The position numbers and the translations under genes were made by a program. DNA of 64,000 nucleotides from Candidatus Latescibacterota bacterium. GTDB taxonomy: Bacteria; Latescibacterota; UBA2968; SICM01. The notes beneath the pieces are model-generated. The model was not told where the DNA came from. It was given only the letters and a program-made list of their open reading frames with translations, and did no database searches. This document shows, in pieces, positions 60,349 to 64,000 of the stretch (positions are counted from its first letter, which is position 1; every line of letters begins with the position of its first letter). The DNA lies in assembly GCA_965217865.1 (NCBI GenBank), contig CBDCJO010000002.1, positions 4,800,001 through 4,864,000 of the forward strand. The letters run 5' to 3'.

Positions 60349-60738
60349 ATGGAGCGACCTCAGGGTTCCACTATGGTCCAGGCTAAAGATCAAGAGATAT
60401 GCGACATCCTCTACGTGGATGAAAAGAAGGTGCGATCCGTCAGGCGCCAGATGAAAACCGACGAAGTTGTGGGGCGGCTTGCCGAAACATTCAGCGCGAT
60501 CGGCGACGCAACAAGGATCAAGATCGTCCTGGCCCTATCGTTGGCCGAGCTCTGTGTCTGCGACATGGCCGCCCTGTTGAACATGACCAGCCCCGCGGTC
60601 TCCCACCATCTCCGGATCCTTAGGACACTTCGTCTGGTTAAAGGAAGGCGTCGTGGAAAGATGGTCTATTATTCACTCGATGACGCTCATATTGAAAGGC
60701 TGTTCAGGATGGGCATTGAGCACGTGGAAGAGGGATGA
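60349..60738 (+). CDS. ArsR/SmtB family metal-sensing repressor (CadC/ZiaR-like)
   Basis: 'ELCVCD', 'AVSHHLRIL', 'YYSLDDAHI', 'EH..E'. Confidence 0.92.
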   Translation: MERPQGSTMVQAKDQEICDILYVDEKKVRSVRRQMKTDEVVGRLAETFSAIGDATRIKIVLALSLAELCVCDMAALLNMTSPAVSHHLRILRTLRLVKGRRRGKMVYYSLDDAHIERLFRMGIEHVEEG

Positions 60739-60742
60739 ACCG

Positions 60743-62833
60743 ATGAATCGTAGCACGTTTCGTGTGGTGGGCATGGATTGTCCCGAGGAGTCGGGCCCGA
60801 TCGAACACCAATTGCGGTCGATGGATGGTGTCGAGGAGGTCCACTTCAACCTGATCGCGGGGACCGTCGCCGTGGACCACAGTCTGAAACCGGAGGATGT
60901 CGCCGGGGCGATTCGGGATTTGGGTTTCGAGGTTAGAACCGATTCGGACGACGAAGACGAGGTTTCGAAGCGCGGGTGGCGATTCTGGTTGACTTCCTGT
61001 GCCGGGATTTTCACTGCTTTGGGTCTATTGTTTGAACACACCGGGTATCCGCATTCGGTTTTTGTTCCCGCCTATATAGGAGCCATGCTGACCGGGGGGA
61101 TTGATGTGGCCTGTAAAGGGTTCAGGTCGATTCGCCGGATAAACCTCGATGTGCACGTGTTGATGATCCTGGCCGCCCTGGGAGCGGTCGGGATTGGGGC
61201 CTGGTCGGAGGGGGCCTCCGTACTGTTCCTATTCGCTGTTGCCCAGGCCCTGGAACGGGGGAGCATGGACAAAGCCCGGCGGTCGGTGAGGTCTTTAATG
61301 GCTCTTTCGCCTTCGGAGGCATCGGTTCTGAGGGACGGTGAAGAAAGCCGGGCAGCGGTGGAGGAAGTTGCGGTGGGCGAGATTGTCCGGGTGAGACCGG
61401 GGGAGAGGATTCCGCTTGACGGGCGGGTTTTGTCAGGGGCCTCGGAGGTGAACCAGGCGCCGATCACAGGGGAATCTCTGCCTGTTTCCGTGTCTCCCGG
61501 AGATACTGTCCTGGCAGGGACAATCAACGGGCAGGGATCCGTTGAGTTTACGGTCACGCGGCGGTCGGAGGAGACCACGCTTTCACAGATCGTTCATCTT
61601 GTCGAGGAGGCGCAGGCCAGCCGTGCCCCGAGCCAAAGATTTGTCGAACGATTTGCAAAGATCTACACCCCTGTCGTCCTCTGCGCCGCTGTTGCCGTTA
61701 TGACGATCCCATCCCTGATAATGGGCCTGCCCTTCGAGGACTGGTTCTATCGGTCGCTTGTCCTCATGGTCATCGCGTGCCCGTGTGCGCTGGTGATATC
61801 CACACCGGTATCGATCGTCTCCGCACTCGCGGGGGCTGCCCGAAGCGGGGTTCTGATCAAAGGGGGGGCGCATCTGGAAACCCTGGGGCGGGTTCGATCG
61901 GTGTTGTTCGACAAGACAGGGACGCTGACGGAAGGTCGACCGGGAGTTGACGAGGTGGTGAGCCTTAACAACGTTCCGGCCGTGGAGATTCTCCGGTTGG
62001 CTGCCTCGTTGGAGGTCCGGTCCGAGCACCGATTGGCGCAAGCCATCCTCGAAGCGGCTCATAGAGACGGCGTCGAACTCCTTCCGTCGAAGCATTTTCA
62101 GGCCATGGCCGGTTTGGGAGCCAGAGCCGAAGTTCAGGGAAAGACCTTCCTGCTGGGGAACCACCGGCTCATCGAGGAATTCGGTCTTTGCGGCCCCGAC
62201 GTGGAGTCGGTTCTGGAAGGGATCGAAGGCGACGGTCGCACGGCTGTGGTCCTGGCCGACCAGACTCGAGCCCTGGGTGTAATCTCGATCTCCGACAGAT
62301 TGCGAGGAGAAGGCCCGAAAGTCGTGGAGGAACTGAAGGACGATGGGATCGTCCACATCGGAATGTTGACGGGCGATAATGAGATCACGGCTCAGGTCGT
62401 GGCAAACCGGTTGGGTATTGAGGACTTTCGGGCGGAACGGCTTCCGAAGGACAAGGTTGATGAGGTTCGGGACGCGGTTGCGCGGTACGGGGTCGTGGCG
62501 ATGGTGGGCGATGGGATCAACGATGCCCCGGCTTTGGCCACGGCCTCGGTTGGGGTGGCCATGGGGTCTGGGGGCACTGACGCAGCGTTGGAGACGGCCG
62601 ACGCGGTGCTGATGGGAGACGACCTGACAAAGCTGTCTTGGGCGATTCGTCTTGGCCGCAGGACCTTGTCCGTTATCCGTCAGAATGTGGTTTTTTCCAT
62701 CGGGATTAAAGCCGTCTTCCTTGCCCTGGCCATTCCAGGCCTGGCAACCCTCTGGATGGCCGTGGCGGCTGACATGGGGGCTTCGCTCCTGGTCATCGCA
62801 AACGGAATGAGACTCCTGCGCGGAAATCGATAG
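60743..62833 (+). CDS. Heavy-metal P1B-type ATPase (CadA/ZntA-like)
   Basis: HMA domain 'GMDCPEE', TGES, CPC, DKTGT, 'SEH', GDGINDAP. Confidence 0.95.
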   Translation: MNRSTFRVVGMDCPEESGPIEHQLRSMDGVEEVHFNLIAGTVAVDHSLKPEDVAGAIRDLGFEVRTDSDDEDEVSKRGWRFWLTSCAGIFTALGLLFEHTGYPHSVFVPAYIGAMLTGGIDVACKGFRSIRRINLDVHVLMILAALGAVGIGAWSEGASVLFLFAVAQALERGSMDKARRSVRSLMALSPSEASVLRDGEESRAAVEEVAVGEIVRVRPGERIPLDGRVLSGASEVNQAPITGESLPVSVSPGDTVLAGTINGQGSVEFTVTRRSEETTLSQIVHLVEEAQASRAPSQRFVERFAKIYTPVVLCAAVAVMTIPSLIMGLPFEDWFYRSLVLMVIACPCALVISTPVSIVSALAGAARSGVLIKGGAHLETLGRVRSVLFDKTGTLTEGRPGVDEVVSLNNVPAVEILRLAASLEVRSEHRLAQAILEAAHRDGVELLPSKHFQAMAGLGARAEVQGKTFLLGNHRLIEEFGLCGPDVESVLEGIEGDGRTAVVLADQTRALGVISISDRLRGEGPKVVEELKDDGIVHIGMLTGDNEITAQVVANRLGIEDFRAERLPKDKVDEVRDAVARYGVVAMVGDGINDAPALATASVGVAMGSGGTDAALETADAVLMGDDLTKLSWAIRLGRRTLSVIRQNVVFSIGIKAVFLALAIPGLATLWMAVAADMGASLLVIANGMRLLRGNR

Positions 62834-62902
62834 CGTTGTGGATTTCGGATGGGGGGTTGAAACTGCTGCGAGATGATTGTTGGCGCTGACGGATAATTAG
62901 GC

Positions 62903-63826
62903 ATGGATAAGATCGTCACGGACGTCAAAGATTCGTTCCGCAAGCTCATGGACGAGCTTTCCAATTTTCAAGACATCGCCCGATACATAAAACCGGAACC
63001 AGGGGATATCCCCGAGCTGCGCGGGTTCGAGATCTATGGGGAGACGATTGCCCTTAACGGGATCATCAGCGGAGACCATATCATTTATGTTGATTTTAAA
63101 AAGCGATTCGATCTGGAAGCCAGGATTACCGAAACCCGGGAACGAAACCGTGAAGATGTGGTGGAAAATCTGAGGCAGTGCCAGAAGAAGGCCGGAATCG
63201 TTTTACTGGACACTTCGGGACATCAGATCACCGATGCCCTGATGGGGGCCATGCTACATCAAGCTTTCTTGCTGGGTGCCATCTACGAACTCGATTATTT
63301 CGGTGAGATCACAACCCGGCTTTTTGAGCATCTCAACACGCGGTTTTTCAAGTCCTCGGGGCTGAGCAAGTTTTTAACGATGATTTACGGAGAGATATCC
63401 GAGGCCGGTACCTTCCGGTTTGTTTCTGCTGGACACCCGATGCCGGTCTTGTTTTCAAGTCGAGATGATGGATTTGTGGATATCGGCCGGGACACGCTGG
63501 CCGGTTTTCCTCCGATCGGAACCCTGCCGTCCCAGGAGGATATCGATCGAAGCATCTCCCACAGCGTTCTGGGGCACAAGAAAAAATATGAGGTCAATGA
63601 GATCAGCTTGATGGAGACCGGGGATATCCTTCTTCTATACACGGACGGACTTTCAGAGCACATCCAGGATCCGGATGTGGCCTATTTTCCGGATCACCTG
63701 GAGATTTCGCTCCGAAAGGCGAGAGGTGGGACGGCCAACGAGATCTTTCAGGCGATCCGGGAAGAGGTTTTGGCCTTTAATCACCCGGCGGACGATATCA
63801 GCTTCGTGATTATCAAGCGGACGTGA
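62903..63826 (+). CDS. Stand-alone PP2C/SpoIIE-type phosphatase
   Basis: 'SGD', 'DTSGH', 'F.SAGHP.P', 'LLLYTDGL.E', 'DDIS'. Confidence 0.85.
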   Translation: MDKIVTDVKDSFRKLMDELSNFQDIARYIKPEPGDIPELRGFEIYGETIALNGIISGDHIIYVDFKKRFDLEARITETRERNREDVVENLRQCQKKAGIVLLDTSGHQITDALMGAMLHQAFLLGAIYELDYFGEITTRLFEHLNTRFFKSSGLSKFLTMIYGEISEAGTFRFVSAGHPMPVLFSSRDDGFVDIGRDTLAGFPPIGTLPSQEDIDRSISHSVLGHKKKYEVNEISLMETGDILLLYTDGLSEHIQDPDVAYFPDHLEISLRKARGGTANEIFQAIREEVLAFNHPADDISFVIIKRT

Positions 63827-64000
63827 AAACGGAAAACCGCAAACGGGAAAACGGCAACGTGAAACCCACCAGGACAAAAAGTTGGTTGCTAAGCATGCGC
63901 TGAGTTTAAGGGGAGACACCTATATGCCCACTCCCACGAGCGTGATGTGTTTACGATAAAATATTACAGCAAATTTTCCGTGACCCCCCACAAGAGGTCT

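Overview
64 kb of bacterial chromosome, mostly GC-rich with a few AT-rich patches. Three secreted proteins carry 'DFD..G.V...DFF.FA..FG' dockerin/EF-hand-like modules and there are GHL10-like TIM-barrel paralogues, which suggests a Latescibacterota-like, Gram-negative lineage (inference only). Left to right: (1) 1-7.5 kb is a mosaic, partly broken accessory region (5'-truncated SBBP-repeat gene abutting a 3'-truncated AT-rich solute-binding-protein gene, a PhyH dioxygenase, three putative glycoside hydrolases, two of them frameshifted in homopolymers). (2) A minus-strand run topA-xerC-hslV-hslU followed by surface-protein genes. (3) A ~10 kb plus-strand signalling cluster: Ser/Thr kinase-STAND ATPase-TPR, sensorless His kinase, REC-double zinc ribbon, ZnR-TPR, ZnR-FHA, sigma54 activator, lipoprotein and a stand-alone TPR protein resembling the kinase's TPR region. 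(4) A complete IS1182/IS5-type element, a NRAMP-like transporter, clpB with a sigma54 promoter, mscS, and mltF with a 328-bp tandem duplication. (5) A decayed phage/ICE remnant around a cohesin-dockerin-like gene. (6) Metabolic and metal-homeostasis genes, including a CNNM/CorC gene with a structured 5' leader and a cadC-cadA-like operon. Intergenic spaces hold several REP-like palindrome families and modular heptamer repeats. No rRNA, intact tRNA or CRISPR array was recognised. All calls come from reading motifs by eye; no database searches were run.
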